From Candidatus Latescibacterota bacterium (GTDB taxonomy: Bacteria; Latescibacterota; UBA2968; UBA8231), in the NCBI GenBank assembly GCA_965204725.1, contig OZ242005.1, positions 4,544,001-4,608,000 on the forward strand: a stretch of DNA of 64,000 bases, written 5' to 3'. Below the pieces are notes generated by a model. The model made no database searches, was not told the origin of the DNA, and saw only the letters and a list, made by a program, of their open reading frames with translations. The stretch's first letter is position 1. Each line of letters begins with the position of its first letter. Positions 30,283 to 40,518 of the stretch are shown here, piece by piece. The position numbers were made by a program, and so were the translations under genes.

Positions 30283-30707
30283 CCGCGCAGCCCGCGCTCG
30301 GCCACCAAGGCGTGCAATCGCGCTAAAAACGGGGCAATATCCGGCGGTTGGCTAGCCGCGTTGTGGAGGACGATGTCCGCACCCGTTGCGGCGTGGAACA
30401 CGGTCGCGGCCGGCGACAGGCTGACCTTTTCGACCTCGGCCCACGCCAGCGTCTGCCGACCCAATAGGCCCTCCTCGACGGTCACGCCCTCCGGCCCTAG
30501 CCAGACCAAGCGCCGGTGGAGGCGGTGGACGAAGAAGGCCGCCGCGCAGAACGCCACTATCCCACAGCCGAGTACCGCAAGCCCATACCCGAAGCCGCCG
30601 CGCTGGAAAGCGATGGTGCTCAACACCAACTGGCCAATGCCCAACAGGGCAAAAATTAGACGCTGGCTGGCACCGGGACTGGTGGATAGGTCGAACTGTT
30701 CAGCCAT
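30279..30707 (-). CDS. Hypothetical membrane protein (2 TM + PH-like domain)
   Basis: Two hydrophobic helices, then GPEGVTV...LAWAEV; starts right after the upstream gene. Confidence 0.65.
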   Translation of the reverse strand: MAEQFDLSTSPGASQRLIFALLGIGQLVLSTIAFQRGGFGYGLAVLGCGIVAFCAAAFFVHRLHRRLVWLGPEGVTVEEGLLGRQTLAWAEVEKVSLSPAATVFHAATGADIVLHNAASQPPDIAPFLARLHALVAERGLRG

Positions 30708-30710
30708 GGC

Positions 30711-31871
30711 TCAGCGCGGCACGAGCCAGTCCGCGTCTATTTCCATGCCAAAGCCCGGCGCGCCCGAAGGAATCAAGCACCCTTCCTGAGGCACGGCCGT
30801 GCCCGGTATCGTAGGTACTTCTTCGAGGGGAATGCCCGGGGGCGAGCCGAGCCAGTATTCGGCCAGCGGCGATTCAGGGAAGGCAAAGGCGAAGTGTTGG
30901 CCGTAGGCGGTGTTGGCGCCGCCGTGGGGGATGGTGACAAGGCCGGCCGCTTCGGCGATGTAGTAGATTTTGACGGCTTCGGAAAGGCCGCCGCACCACT
31001 TGAGATCGGGTTGCAGCACGTCAACGCAGCGGTGCTCAACGAGTTGGCGGAAGGCCTGACGGCCGTGGTGGTCCTCGCCGGTGGCAATGGGTACGTAGGG
31101 AACGGCTCGCTTGAGCGCGACGTGGCCTTCGAGATCGGTGGGAATGAGCGGTTCCTCAATCCAGCGCATCTGGTAGGGCTTGAGCCGCTCGGCCACTTGA
31201 ACGGCGTATTCGACGTTGTAGGACATGACCGCGTTGAGCATCAGCTCGCAGTCTGGGCCGATGGCCTCGCGCGCTTGGGCGACCTTGTCTTCGAGGCGAT
31301 TAAGCCCTTCCTGCCCCTCGCGGTAGTGAACCGGGTTGGTGATCTTGAAGGCACGAAACCCCAGTTCGAGTCCCCAGTCGAGGTCGTCGCCGGTGGCGTA
31401 GAGTTCGATGCGGTCGCGGCAGGGGCCGCCGAGCAGGCGGTACACGGGCTGGCCCAGCAGCTTGCCCTTGAGGTCCCACAGCGCCAGATCGATGCCGCTT
31501 TGGGCAACGGCCGCGCAACCGGCATGACCGAGGCGCTGAGCAGCGCGCCACATCAGGTCGTTGAGAAATTCCGTGGCCAGACAATCGCGGCCCGTCAGCA
31601 GGGGCGCGAAGACTTGCTCGACGATGGCAGCCACCGGCTCGCCAAAGGAGCAGCCGCCCAAGCCCCAAGTGCCGTCCTCGGCCGTGATTTGGACCCATAC
31701 TGGGCCGCCGCCCATGCCCGGCATCTGGCCGGGGAGGCGCGAGAATTCTGGATACTTGTTGATCGGCAACGAGCGCGGCGCACGCTGGTTCCAAGAGGGG
31801 CGGCGGCCCGCTGTTTTGGGCGGGTTGGGCGGAAGCCGGAGGTCAACTACGCGGATGGATTGTATCTGCAC
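30711..31871 (-). CDS. L-rhamnonate dehydratase-like enolase superfamily protein
   Basis: IDLALWDLKGK, WIEEP, ATGEDH, QPD, IPHGG, EYW. Confidence 0.85.
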   Translation of the reverse strand: MQIQSIRVVDLRLPPNPPKTAGRRPSWNQRAPRSLPINKYPEFSRLPGQMPGMGGGPVWVQITAEDGTWGLGGCSFGEPVAAIVEQVFAPLLTGRDCLATEFLNDLMWRAAQRLGHAGCAAVAQSGIDLALWDLKGKLLGQPVYRLLGGPCRDRIELYATGDDLDWGLELGFRAFKITNPVHYREGQEGLNRLEDKVAQAREAIGPDCELMLNAVMSYNVEYAVQVAERLKPYQMRWIEEPLIPTDLEGHVALKRAVPYVPIATGEDHHGRQAFRQLVEHRCVDVLQPDLKWCGGLSEAVKIYYIAEAAGLVTIPHGGANTAYGQHFAFAFPESPLAEYWLGSPPGIPLEEVPTIPGTAVPQEGCLIPSGAPGFGMEIDADWLVPR

Positions 31872-32039
31872 GTTTAATGCTCCAAGGGGCGGTCGGCAAA
31901 ATCCAACTATTGCCGCAAGGGGGATACATTATATCGCCAGGCATGGGCCGCAGCAAGGTTGACAGCGCGATCAGGCCCTTAAAAGGAGTATTGCAGTTGC
32001 ATGGAGTAAGCGTTGTCGGCGTAGGTCCGGCTTCCTCAT

Positions 32040-32355
32040 CGCGTTGCCCTGCGCCAACACCACGGCGCGTTCAATGGCGTTTTCGAGTTCCCGGACGTTG
32101 CCGACCCAAGAGTGCGTCGTCAGCAACTCCATTGCGCTGGGATGCACCGACGACACCTTCTTGCCGATCTCGGCGTTGTACTTGAGCAGGAAATGGGCCA
32201 CGAGCAGCGGGATGTCTGCGCGGCGTTCGCGCAAGGGAGGGACCTCAATGGGCACCACATTGAGGCGATAGAACAGATCTTCGCGGAAGGCTCCTTCCCG
32301 AATGCGGTCGGGCAAGTTTTGGTTGGTCGCGGCGACGAGCCGGACGTCAACATGG
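32040..32355 (-). pseudogene. Fragment of a sigma-54-dependent response regulator (C-terminal AAA+ part)
   Basis: [38 protein letters not shown]; receiver, Walker A, GAFTGA and HTH missing. Confidence 0.85.
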
Positions 32356-32860
32356 TTCCGCGGTGATGCTCGACCAGCCGTTTGACGGTGGCCAACCCAA
32401 GCCCCGTGCCCTTGTCTTTCGTGGTAAGAAACGGGATAAAAGCGCGTTCCGCTGTCTCGGGGACATCCCCACTCCGGTGTCCCGAACCTCGACGCGGATG
32501 GCCTCGGCGTCCATATCGACAAAACCTTCGACCGCGATGGTTCCGCCCCGGTCCATTGCTTGCGCGGCATTCTTGACCAGATTGGTGAACATCCACTTGA
32601 GTTGATCGGCGTCTGCTTCAATGGTGGGCAAGGTCTCCAAGTTTATCGTCTGAACCTCGATAGTGCCCGCCCGCAACTCCGCGTCGAGCAGCGCCAGCAC
32701 TGAAGCGACTACGTCCGACAAATCAACCGCCTCGGTTTGCAACGGCGTCGGCCGCGCAAAGTCGAGAAATTCGCTGACTAGCTGGTTCAACGATTGCACT
32801 TCGCCATCGACTTGTTCAATCAGCTGCTCCGTCTTTGGGTCGGCGGGAACTTGGCGTTTG
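32350..32860 (-). pseudogene. Frameshifted fragment of a sensor histidine kinase
   Basis: EFLDFARP, NLVKNA, RDTGVGM, then after a frameshift [14 protein letters not shown]; H-box and sensor missing. Confidence 0.85.
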
Positions 32861-32878
32861 AAATTCGGAGGAGACGCG

Positions 32879-33430
32879 ATGACTCTCAATATGGGCAAAC
32901 CAATCGCTGTAATCGCTGTGGGGCTTATTCTCGCGCTTATTGGAATAAGCGGCTGTGCTGATAATCCAATAACGTCCACAAGCAGGGCTGAGTCGGACGA
33001 AGGCCATGAAGAACATGGTGATGATGAAGGCGGTGAAGGCGGAGCAGGCCGTTTAGTCGCTGACGAAGAGGGCCGCCAGCAACTGGCCCCCGACCAGCGC
33101 TACGACCAGACGCGCAACGGTGCGCGGTTGATCTTACGGTACGTCCCCAGCATTAGTGCTTTCTACGGCACAGTGGAGAATACGACGGAGCAAGTCTTGC
33201 GCCGGGTGCGGGTAGAAGTGCATCTGTCTGACGGGTCCAACGCGATCGCAGCGGAACTGGGGCCGACGACGCCGACGGAGCTGGCGCCGGGTTCCAAGCT
33301 GTTCATCAACCTGTCGGCCGCCGGTCAGACCTTTGATGGCTGGTCGGCCCACGTAGAGGTCGGCTCTGGCGAGGATGGCGGGACCAACGGCCATGCCGAA
33401 GGCGGCGAAGGCGGCGAACACAGGGGGTGA
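32879..33430 (+). CDS. Hypothetical lipoprotein with His/Glu/Gly-rich ends
   Basis: GGAGGAG RBS; ISGC lipobox; EGHEEHGDDEGGEG and GHAEGGEGGEHRG flank a beta-rich core. Confidence 0.75.
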   Translation: MTLNMGKPIAVIAVGLILALIGISGCADNPITSTSRAESDEGHEEHGDDEGGEGGAGRLVADEEGRQQLAPDQRYDQTRNGARLILRYVPSISAFYGTVENTTEQVLRRVRVEVHLSDGSNAIAAELGPTTPTELAPGSKLFINLSAAGQTFDGWSAHVEVGSGEDGGTNGHAEGGEGGEHRG

Positions 33431-33502
33431 AATTTTCAATTGCCAACTTTGTCCTCGCGCTTTTGGGAGGTCAACCACGCGGATCGATTGGGATTTACAT
33501 TC

Positions 33503-34723
33503 CTATCTCCCCAAGTGGCAATCGGCAAAGTCCAAGTATTGCTCCCAATCGTACTCGGCGAGATCGTGGCCACCGCGGCGGATGTGGTAGCCGATCTGGC
33601 CCATGACCGGCTGATCAACGGCGGGCATTTGCGTAGCCGGCAAGCCATCGGTCCCGAGCAGGCGATAGACGGGATCGGCGGCTAGAGCCGCGAGAAATTC
33701 GCCGTGCGGGTCGGCCCAACGGTCCTCAACGGCACTGGCTACGTACAGAGGGCGCGGGGCGCACAGTGCCAAGAGCTGATGCTGATCTACGGGCAGGTCG
33801 TCTTCGGCATTGTCGTAGCGTCTGAAATTGTCGCAGAACCAGTGCGGGAACGCATGGTTGATGTGCGCGACGGTCTCGCCGTAGCACCGCCGCGAGAGGG
33901 CGGCCCCACCGCAGCCGGACTCGTTGGAGATCACCATGGCAAAGCGCACATCGCAGGCACCAGCCCACAGCGCGGTCTTGCCCAGCCGCGAGTGGCCGAG
34001 CACGGCGACCCGCGCGTGGTCGCAGTCCGGGTCGGTTTGCAGATAGTCCACGGCCCGGCTCAAGCCCCACGCCCAAGCGCCGATGGCACCCCACTCGTCC
34101 GGGGCGGGCCGGTTTTGCCCCTCTTGGTAGAAGAGCGGGTGGACGCCGTTGTGGTAGCCGTCGTCGTAGTCGGGGTCGAGGTCGCCGTAGTAGATGGTCG
34201 CCAAGCCGTAGCCGCGCTCGATGATCTTGGCGACGGGCCAGCGGCTCGCTAGGCAACCGCGCGAGTTGAAGGTGGCTCGGTGGTTGACGATGCCGTTTCG
34301 CGCCTCGGAGCGCATCCAGCAGGTGTTGAGATGGATCGCGGGATCGCGTTGGACGGAGTGATTGCCGAAGAAATTGAGGCCCAAGAAGACCGGCACCGGG
34401 CCGGAAGCGTCAGCGGGGCGATAGAGGAGGATATCCATGCTCGGGCCGTTGTTGTCAGCGGTGAAGCACACGCGAACTTGGCGTCTCAGAGCGCGGCCGC
34501 CAAGGGCCTCGCCCTCTTCGGTGGTAAGGAAACGAGTGACAGGTAGAGGGCCGGGCATCTCGCCGAAGACATGCGTTTTGAAGAGCTGGAGAATTTCCGG
34601 GCGGCGCACCTCGGTCCAAGTAGCGGCGTCGGCCACGGGTTCGCCGCTGGCTAGCGTCAGCGGGTCGGGCAGCTCGTACCGGGGGACTTTGGCTTCGTCG
34701 TAATTGGCTTCGCTTGGGGGCAT
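33503..34723 (-). CDS. CE15 glucuronoyl esterase-like protein
   Basis: [40 protein letters not shown]. Confidence 0.88.
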   Translation of the reverse strand: MPPSEANYDEAKVPRYELPDPLTLASGEPVADAATWTEVRRPEILQLFKTHVFGEMPGPLPVTRFLTTEEGEALGGRALRRQVRVCFTADNNGPSMDILLYRPADASGPVPVFLGLNFFGNHSVQRDPAIHLNTCWMRSEARNGIVNHRATFNSRGCLASRWPVAKIIERGYGLATIYYGDLDPDYDDGYHNGVHPLFYQEGQNRPAPDEWGAIGAWAWGLSRAVDYLQTDPDCDHARVAVLGHSRLGKTALWAGACDVRFAMVISNESGCGGAALSRRCYGETVAHINHAFPHWFCDNFRRYDNAEDDLPVDQHQLLALCAPRPLYVASAVEDRWADPHGEFLAALAADPVYRLLGTDGLPATQMPAVDQPVMGQIGYHIRRGGHDLAEYDWEQYLDFADCHLGR

Positions 34724-34747
34724 AGTCGCTAGTCTGGGGATGCAGCC

Positions 34748-35560
34748 TCAGTCGCCCGCCAGAATGGGATGTAGCGGATGATCCCAAGGGCCGCCGGCTC
34801 TCATTTCGTCGGCCGCGCCCGCCGCGTCGTGGGTTCCGGTAAAGGTGGTGTAGTCGGGCATGTAGATAATGGCAAACGCACGGCGCGGCGCAGCGGTCTG
34901 GTTCGGGCCGGCGTAGTGGAAGGTGCAGCCGTGGTGGAAGGTAACGCCGCCGGCTGCCATGGCCATGGGCACCGGCTCGGGCACATCGTAGCCGCGCTCC
35001 CGCATCTTATCGACGATACTCTCGCCAGCGACGCCGAGTTTGATCGGTTCGAGCCGCTCGTACTGGTGTGAGCCGGGCACAAAGTGGAGGCAGCCGTTGT
35101 CTGCGGTCACGTCGTCAACCGCGATCCAAGCCGACAGCGCACCGACCGGGTCCATGGGCCAATAGGGAGCGTCCTGATGCCAGTTGGTCTCCTTGCTCTT
35201 TTGGCCGGGGGGCTTGATCATCGCGTGATCGTGATAGATGCGGACGTGGCGGCAACCGCTCAAGCGGCGGGCGGTTTCAGCCAAGCGCGGCTGAAAGGCG
35301 ATTTCCTTGGCCGCCGGATAGTCGGTCCAAAGATTGACCATCTGATTGAAGACGCGCTCGTAGTCTTCCGAAACGCGACCATCCCTCTCGGCCCCTTTGA
35401 TGCGGGCGCGATGCGTGGCGATAGCGTGGTCAATGGCTTGGCGCAGCGAGGCAATCTCCTCGGCCGAGAAGAAGTGCTCGTAGCGGATATAGCCGTTTTG
35501 CTGGTAAAATTCGGCGTCGGCTGGCGTGGTCGGGCTGGTGGATTGGCTCATTGTAGGCAT
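34748..35560 (-). CDS. Phytanoyl-CoA dioxygenase (PhyH) family protein
   Basis: WHQD, NGCLHFVPGSH, HHGCTFH. Confidence 0.9.
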   Translation of the reverse strand: MPTMSQSTSPTTPADAEFYQQNGYIRYEHFFSAEEIASLRQAIDHAIATHRARIKGAERDGRVSEDYERVFNQMVNLWTDYPAAKEIAFQPRLAETARRLSGCRHVRIYHDHAMIKPPGQKSKETNWHQDAPYWPMDPVGALSAWIAVDDVTADNGCLHFVPGSHQYERLEPIKLGVAGESIVDKMRERGYDVPEPVPMAMAAGGVTFHHGCTFHYAGPNQTAAPRRAFAIIYMPDYTTFTGTHDAAGAADEMRAGGPWDHPLHPILAGD

Positions 35561-35615
35561 GAGGGCAAGGTATTAATTTTGGCGGTGGCAATCAAACATT
35601 CAACAGGAGTAGAAA

Positions 35616-35963
35616 ATGGCCGAAGTAACGATGTACCACAACCCGCAATGCTCCAAAAGTCGGCAGACGCTGGCTCTCTTAGCCGAGCAAGGCGTGGCGG
35701 CGGATGTCGTCGAATACTTGCAGACGCCACCGGACGCCAAGACCCTAGACGCGCTCTTGCAAAAGCTGGGCTTGGAACCCCGGGAACTCATGCGGACCAA
35801 CGAAGACGAATACGAGGCCCTAGGGCTGGCCGAGGTGACAGATCGGGCGCAACTCATTCAGGCGATGGTGGAGCACCCCATCCTGATTGAGCGGCCAATC
35901 GTGGTCAAAGGCGGCCAAGCGCGGATCGGGCGACCACCGGAACGAGTTCTAGACCTTCTCTGA
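35616..35963 (+). CDS. arsC: Arsenate reductase (glutaredoxin-dependent) family protein
   Basis: YHNPQCSKSR, LIERPIV, IGRPPE. Confidence 0.9.
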   Translation: MAEVTMYHNPQCSKSRQTLALLAEQGVAADVVEYLQTPPDAKTLDALLQKLGLEPRELMRTNEDEYEALGLAEVTDRAQLIQAMVEHPILIERPIVVKGGQARIGRPPERVLDLL

Positions 35964-35964
35964 G

Positions 35965-36573
35965 ATGCTAAAACTGGGGTTTCTCGCCTCGCACACCGGG
36001 TCGAATATGCAGGCCATCATCAACGCCTGTCAGGCGGGGACGCTAGCGGCCGAGCCGTGCGTGGCGATTAGCAACAACTCGCGGGCGGGCGCATTGGCGC
36101 GGGCGCGGCGAGCGAACATTGCAGCGTATCACCTGAGCGAGCGGACGCATGGCGATGCGCTGGGGGCGGCGATTCTGGCGGCGCTGCGGCGGCACGGGGT
36201 CGAAGTGATTTGTCTGGCTGGATACATGAAGAAGCTAGGGGCGGAGGTACTGGCGGCCTACGAGGGGCGGATCTTGAACATCCATCCCGCCCTGTTGCCC
36301 AAGTTCGGCGGGCAGGGCATGTACGGGATGCGGGTCCACGAGGCCGTATTGGCTGCCGGGGAGCGCGAGAGCGGGGCGACGATCCACCTAGTTAATGAAG
36401 AATACGACCGAGGGCGGGTGCTGGCGCAGGAGAAGGTTTCGGTGAAGGCAGAAGATACGCCCGAGACCTTGCAGAAGCGGGTATTAGCGGTGGAACACCG
36501 GCTCTACGCGGCGACCCTCGTGCGGATCGCGGCTGGCGAAATTCCTATTCCGCTTCCCCGCTCCCGCGCATAA
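35965..36573 (+). CDS. purN: Phosphoribosylglycinamide formyltransferase
   Basis: GSNMQAI, LAGYMK, NIHPALLP, GATIH. Confidence 0.93.
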   Translation: MLKLGFLASHTGSNMQAIINACQAGTLAAEPCVAISNNSRAGALARARRANIAAYHLSERTHGDALGAAILAALRRHGVEVICLAGYMKKLGAEVLAAYEGRILNIHPALLPKFGGQGMYGMRVHEAVLAAGERESGATIHLVNEEYDRGRVLAQEKVSVKAEDTPETLQKRVLAVEHRLYAATLVRIAAGEIPIPLPRSRA

Positions 36574-38026
36574 TGCGGCGCAGGTGCCCGAGTTCTTCGA
36601 CGATGGTGCGCCGCTCTAGCAGCCCGAGCACAGCCCCGTACGCCAACGCCATAATTCCGCTCCGTAGGGCAAAATCGCCCACGGCATAATCCAACGCCCA
36701 ACGGGTGTACGACCATCCACAGACCGCAGCGACCAGCAATCCCACGGCCGGCGCGGCTAATACCTCGAGCCAGTTGACGCGCACATAGGCGCGCAAACCA
36801 ACGCACAGCCCTAAGAAACCCGTGCCAGCCACCGCGCCCATGCTGTACGCCACGCCCTCCACGCCCCACAACACGCCCATCGCAGGGACGGCAAAAAGAG
36901 CCACTACTCCCTGAATCCCCACGATGTACGCAGACCGGCGCGTCGCCCCTACGGCCCACAGCAGGCCAAACCCATCGCTGAGCAGCGGGCGCAAAAGCGC
37001 ATACGCCGCGAGCCAAACCACGATGCGAGCCGACGCGGCCCACTGGTCGCCTAACAGGGCGGTTATTTCGCGGGCATTAAAGACCAAAATCAGGGACACC
37101 GGGGCCGACACCCTCAGCACTAGGCTGACCATCTTGGCGAACAACTCGCCCAGCCGCTCGCGCTCGTGCCGATACCGCGAGTACAGGGTACTGCTATAAT
37201 TGAGGATGATATGCGCGATGATCGCGGTGGGAATCTGCACCAGCCACCACGCCGTCTCGTAGAGCGCGAGCGCTGTATCGCCGGCGACCAAGCGCACGAC
37301 CAGTTTGTCGTACCACCAAATAAAAATCTGCAACATCCAACCGACCCAAATCCACACGCCATAGCCCAATAAGCGACGCACCCAAACCCAGTCGAAGTGC
37401 AAAGAAGCGCGGCGCAGTGGACGGCTGTACCAAGCGCCAGCAGAAAAAAACAACACGTACACCACGCTGAGCACCGAGTACGTAGTCCACCCCCCCAATA
37501 TCAGGCTCCACTCCTCCCACCCAGCGCGGGCCGCCAACAGCGCACTCAGCAGGGCCAACAGCGTCCCCAACCCGTGCAAGAGGGAGAGCCGGCCAAACTC
37601 AAAATCCATCCTCAGCAGGGCCTCTGAAGTCAGGGTCAACTGGCGCACGAAGTGCAGGGCCGCCAGCACCCACGCGACTTGGGCGAAGGTCCAAGAAAAA
37701 TCCGCTGGGAAAAGCAACGCCAAGGCCAAGACGACCCCGCTGCTGAACAAACACGACAGCAAGGTAATGGACGCATTCAGCACAAAGTGCGTACCGACAA
37801 ATTCCTCGACTCGGTCTTGGAAGTGCAACAGCGCGTGCATTAAGCCAAACTCGCGCAGGCTGGACAGCATGGTAAAGACCGTCACGCCCAAAAACACATC
37901 GGCAAAAACGCTGGGGTCGAGCTGTCTTTTGATCAAGACCGTCAGCCCCACGCTGCCCAGCCGCGCAGCATAGCCCGTGCCCAAGGTATAGAAAAACCCC
38001 TTGAACATCTTTTGCGGGGTGATCAT
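36545..38026 (-). CDS. Oligosaccharide flippase (Wzx/MOP family)
   Basis: 12 or more TM helices; EFGLMHALL, ALLRMDFEF pattern. Confidence 0.78.
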   Translation of the reverse strand: MITPQKMFKGFFYTLGTGYAARLGSVGLTVLIKRQLDPSVFADVFLGVTVFTMLSSLREFGLMHALLHFQDRVEEFVGTHFVLNASITLLSCLFSSGVVLALALLFPADFSWTFAQVAWVLAALHFVRQLTLTSEALLRMDFEFGRLSLLHGLGTLLALLSALLAARAGWEEWSLILGGWTTYSVLSVVYVLFFSAGAWYSRPLRRASLHFDWVWVRRLLGYGVWIWVGWMLQIFIWWYDKLVVRLVAGDTALALYETAWWLVQIPTAIIAHIILNYSSTLYSRYRHERERLGELFAKMVSLVLRVSAPVSLILVFNAREITALLGDQWAASARIVVWLAAYALLRPLLSDGFGLLWAVGATRRSAYIVGIQGVVALFAVPAMGVLWGVEGVAYSMGAVAGTGFLGLCVGLRAYVRVNWLEVLAAPAVGLLVAAVCGWSYTRWALDYAVGDFALRSGIMALAYGAVLGLLERRTIVEELGHLRRIMRGSGEAE

Positions 38027-38032
38027 GGATTG

Positions 38033-39397
38033 CTAGCGGACGCGGGCCGAGCCGCACCGGTAGGTGCGCGGGTCGCCGAGGCGGGCTTGTAGCGCGTTGG
38101 CGGTCATGCCAGTGTGGTGCTGAACCCAGTTGACCTCGTCGGCAAGTGTGCAGTCGAAAAGGCCGGGGTCGTCGGCGCCGATGGCCAGTCGGACATCGGA
38201 AGCTAGAAAGCGATGCACCGGGTGATCTTGGGCGTTGGGCACGCCGCCGATGCGCAAGTTGGAGGTCGGACAGGTCTCGACTACGGTGCCGAGCGCGGCC
38301 AAGCGGCTGAGCGCGAAGTCCTGCCGCCGGCGCACCGCTTTGAGGCGCGGGGGATCGTATCCGCGCCAGACGAGCGCGTCGCCGGGCTGGGCCGCGAGGC
38401 GGGTGCGCTCCTCCATCAGGGCTTGCTCGTCAACCGGGACGCCGAATGCTGCCAAGGCGTTCTTGTGGTGCAAATCGTAGGCGATCTGGGCCAAGCGTTC
38501 GCTGACCCGCTCGCATTCGTGGGCTTGGGACCGGCGAGCTACGGCAACCTCCGGGTCGAGCCCGAGCGCGGTACAGTGCCCCAAGCGAAGCGCACCCAGT
38601 TCAGCCGCTTCGTGGCACCAGCGCACCGCGCTTTCGAGCGACTTGTCGAAGTACACCTCGCCGACGTGATAAGCCACGTCGAGGGCGCGCTCCGGGCGCA
38701 ACTCGTTGTCGCGGTGCAGGCGGCGGAAGAAGGCGCGGGTGCTCGCGGGCGGGTAGCCTTCCTCAAAATGGCAGAAATCGAGGCCGACGACCGTGGGGAT
38801 TAAGTCCTCGTTTTCGTCGAGCAGGCGTTGGACCAATTGGTAGCATTCGAGCGGTGCCCAGCGCGGCAGGCCGATGAGGTAACGCGCCTCAAAGCCCGGG
38901 TCAGAGGCTTGTTGCAAGAAGCGGGCGACGAGTTGGTGAAACTGCGCGAAGGCTTCGGGTTGGGTGTGGTCGTAAGGGGCCATGACTCGGTATTCGACGT
39001 AGCGCAGGCCCTCGCGGCGGTGGTGGGCCACGACGCGCCGCCAGATTTCTTCCACCTTGTCTAGCCCCTTCCACCAATAGCGATAGATGCAGATGGCCAT
39101 GTTGAACTTGGCTTGGAACCGAGCGAAGTCGCCGCCGTCTTCAGCCCCGTACACGTAGTGCGCCGCAATGGGGTCGAGGCACTGCTTGTGGAGGGCCTCG
39201 CGGAAGAGCGCGACCGGGTCGGGCCGCTTGCTATAGGCTCGTTCAAAGCTATCGACAAACAGGGACCAATCGATTTTCTCGTAGTAATCGCGGCCCAATT
39301 CTAGGAGATCAGCGGCAAAGAGGCCGCCGTAGAGGTGGACGTGTAGCTCGCAGGTCTTGGCCGCCTTGAGGGAGGGCTGGTCGCGTTTATCGGTCAC
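38033..39397 (-). CDS. Adenosine/AMP deaminase-like amidohydrolase
   Basis: ELHVHL, HVGE, RLGH, ETCPTSN, ADDPGLF. Confidence 0.8.
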   Translation of the reverse strand: MTDKRDQPSLKAAKTCELHVHLYGGLFAADLLELGRDYYEKIDWSLFVDSFERAYSKRPDPVALFREALHKQCLDPIAAHYVYGAEDGGDFARFQAKFNMAICIYRYWWKGLDKVEEIWRRVVAHHRREGLRYVEYRVMAPYDHTQPEAFAQFHQLVARFLQQASDPGFEARYLIGLPRWAPLECYQLVQRLLDENEDLIPTVVGLDFCHFEEGYPPASTRAFFRRLHRDNELRPERALDVAYHVGEVYFDKSLESAVRWCHEAAELGALRLGHCTALGLDPEVAVARRSQAHECERVSERLAQIAYDLHHKNALAAFGVPVDEQALMEERTRLAAQPGDALVWRGYDPPRLKAVRRRQDFALSRLAALGTVVETCPTSNLRIGGVPNAQDHPVHRFLASDVRLAIGADDPGLFDCTLADEVNWVQHHTGMTANALQARLGDPRTYRCGSARVR

Positions 39398-39400
39398 CCG

Positions 39401-40417
39401 TCACTCCAGCGCGGGCATATCGACCGCGTCGTCGCGGCGCTCGTCCATGTTCGCTTCCATGGACTCCGGGTAGCGATGCGGGAGATGGGAAACTTCGTCG
39501 AGCCGGGCGCGGGCATCGTCTGGGAGACAAAAGCTGCCGGCAAGCATGTTGTCGCGGGCCTGCTCAACGGTGCGTGCGCCGATGATGACCGAGGTGATGG
39601 CCGGTTGTTCCAACACCCAACGCAGGGCAACTTGCGCCGGCGAGCGGCCCATTTCGTCGGCTACCGCTAGGAGCGTCGCTAAGGTGTCGTCGGCATTGGC
39701 GGCAAAATAGCTTTGCGGGTAGGCCCAAGCATCGGCCGAACGCGTCCCGGCCAAGGTGCGCTCGCCGGGCTTGTACTTGCCAGTGAGAAAGCCGCCGCCG
39801 AGCGGACTCCACACCACCACGCCCAGCCCCTTGAGCCGACAGACGGGAATCAGCTCCTGCTCGATGTCGCGCACGACCAAGCTGTATTGCGGTTGGTAGC
39901 ACTCAAAACGCGCCCAGCCATTCGCATCTGCAATCCACAACGCCTCCATCAAGCGCCAAGCCTGATAGTTGGAACAAGCGATATAGCGCACCTTACCTTG
40001 GCGGACCAAATCGTCGAGGGCGTGTAGCATCTCCTCCAAAGGGGTTTGGCTATCCACGTGGTGGATGTAGTAAAGGTCGATGTAATCGGTCTGGAGCCGC
40101 TGGAGGCTGTCTTCGATGGCGTTCATAATACGCACCCGCGACATCCCCGAGTCGTTGGGGCCAGGCCCCATGGGGTTGAAGAACTTGGTGGCAATGACCG
40201 CATCGCGGCGGCGGCCCTTGAGTGCCTTGCCGGTGAAGACCTCGGACTCGCCGCCGCCATAGGAATCGGCCGTGTCGAAGAAATTGATGCCCGCGTCAAA
40301 CGCTAGATCGACGATCCGCTTGGCCTCCCGTTCATCGGTGCTGTGGCCAAAGGTCATGGTGCCGAGGCAAACTTCCGATACCTTGAGGCCAGTGCGGCCC
40401 ATTCTGCGGTACTCCAT
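39401..40417 (-). CDS. Aldo/keto reductase
   Basis: CLGTMTFG, FDTADSY, IATK, DYIDLY, WSPLGGG. Confidence 0.93.
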   Translation of the reverse strand: MEYRRMGRTGLKVSEVCLGTMTFGHSTDEREAKRIVDLAFDAGINFFDTADSYGGGESEVFTGKALKGRRRDAVIATKFFNPMGPGPNDSGMSRVRIMNAIEDSLQRLQTDYIDLYYIHHVDSQTPLEEMLHALDDLVRQGKVRYIACSNYQAWRLMEALWIADANGWARFECYQPQYSLVVRDIEQELIPVCRLKGLGVVVWSPLGGGFLTGKYKPGERTLAGTRSADAWAYPQSYFAANADDTLATLLAVADEMGRSPAQVALRWVLEQPAITSVIIGARTVEQARDNMLAGSFCLPDDARARLDEVSHLPHRYPESMEANMDERRDDAVDMPALE

Positions 40418-40518
40418 TATCTATACTCCTTATCTATTGAATGCAAATGCTTTGGCAAGGATTTCGGTCAGACGTAAAAAGTTACGCCCAAGTGGCAAGA
40501 TCACGCAATAAGTACCGA

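Noticed and set aside
31360-31380. tRNA T-loop-like GTTCGAGTCC
   Set aside because: Inside a coding gene on the opposite strand; no cloverleaf around it.
31971-32621. 216-aa ORF as an intact gene
   Set aside because: Chimera of off-frame kinase sequence and a sigma-54 activator fragment; annotated as pseudogene pieces.
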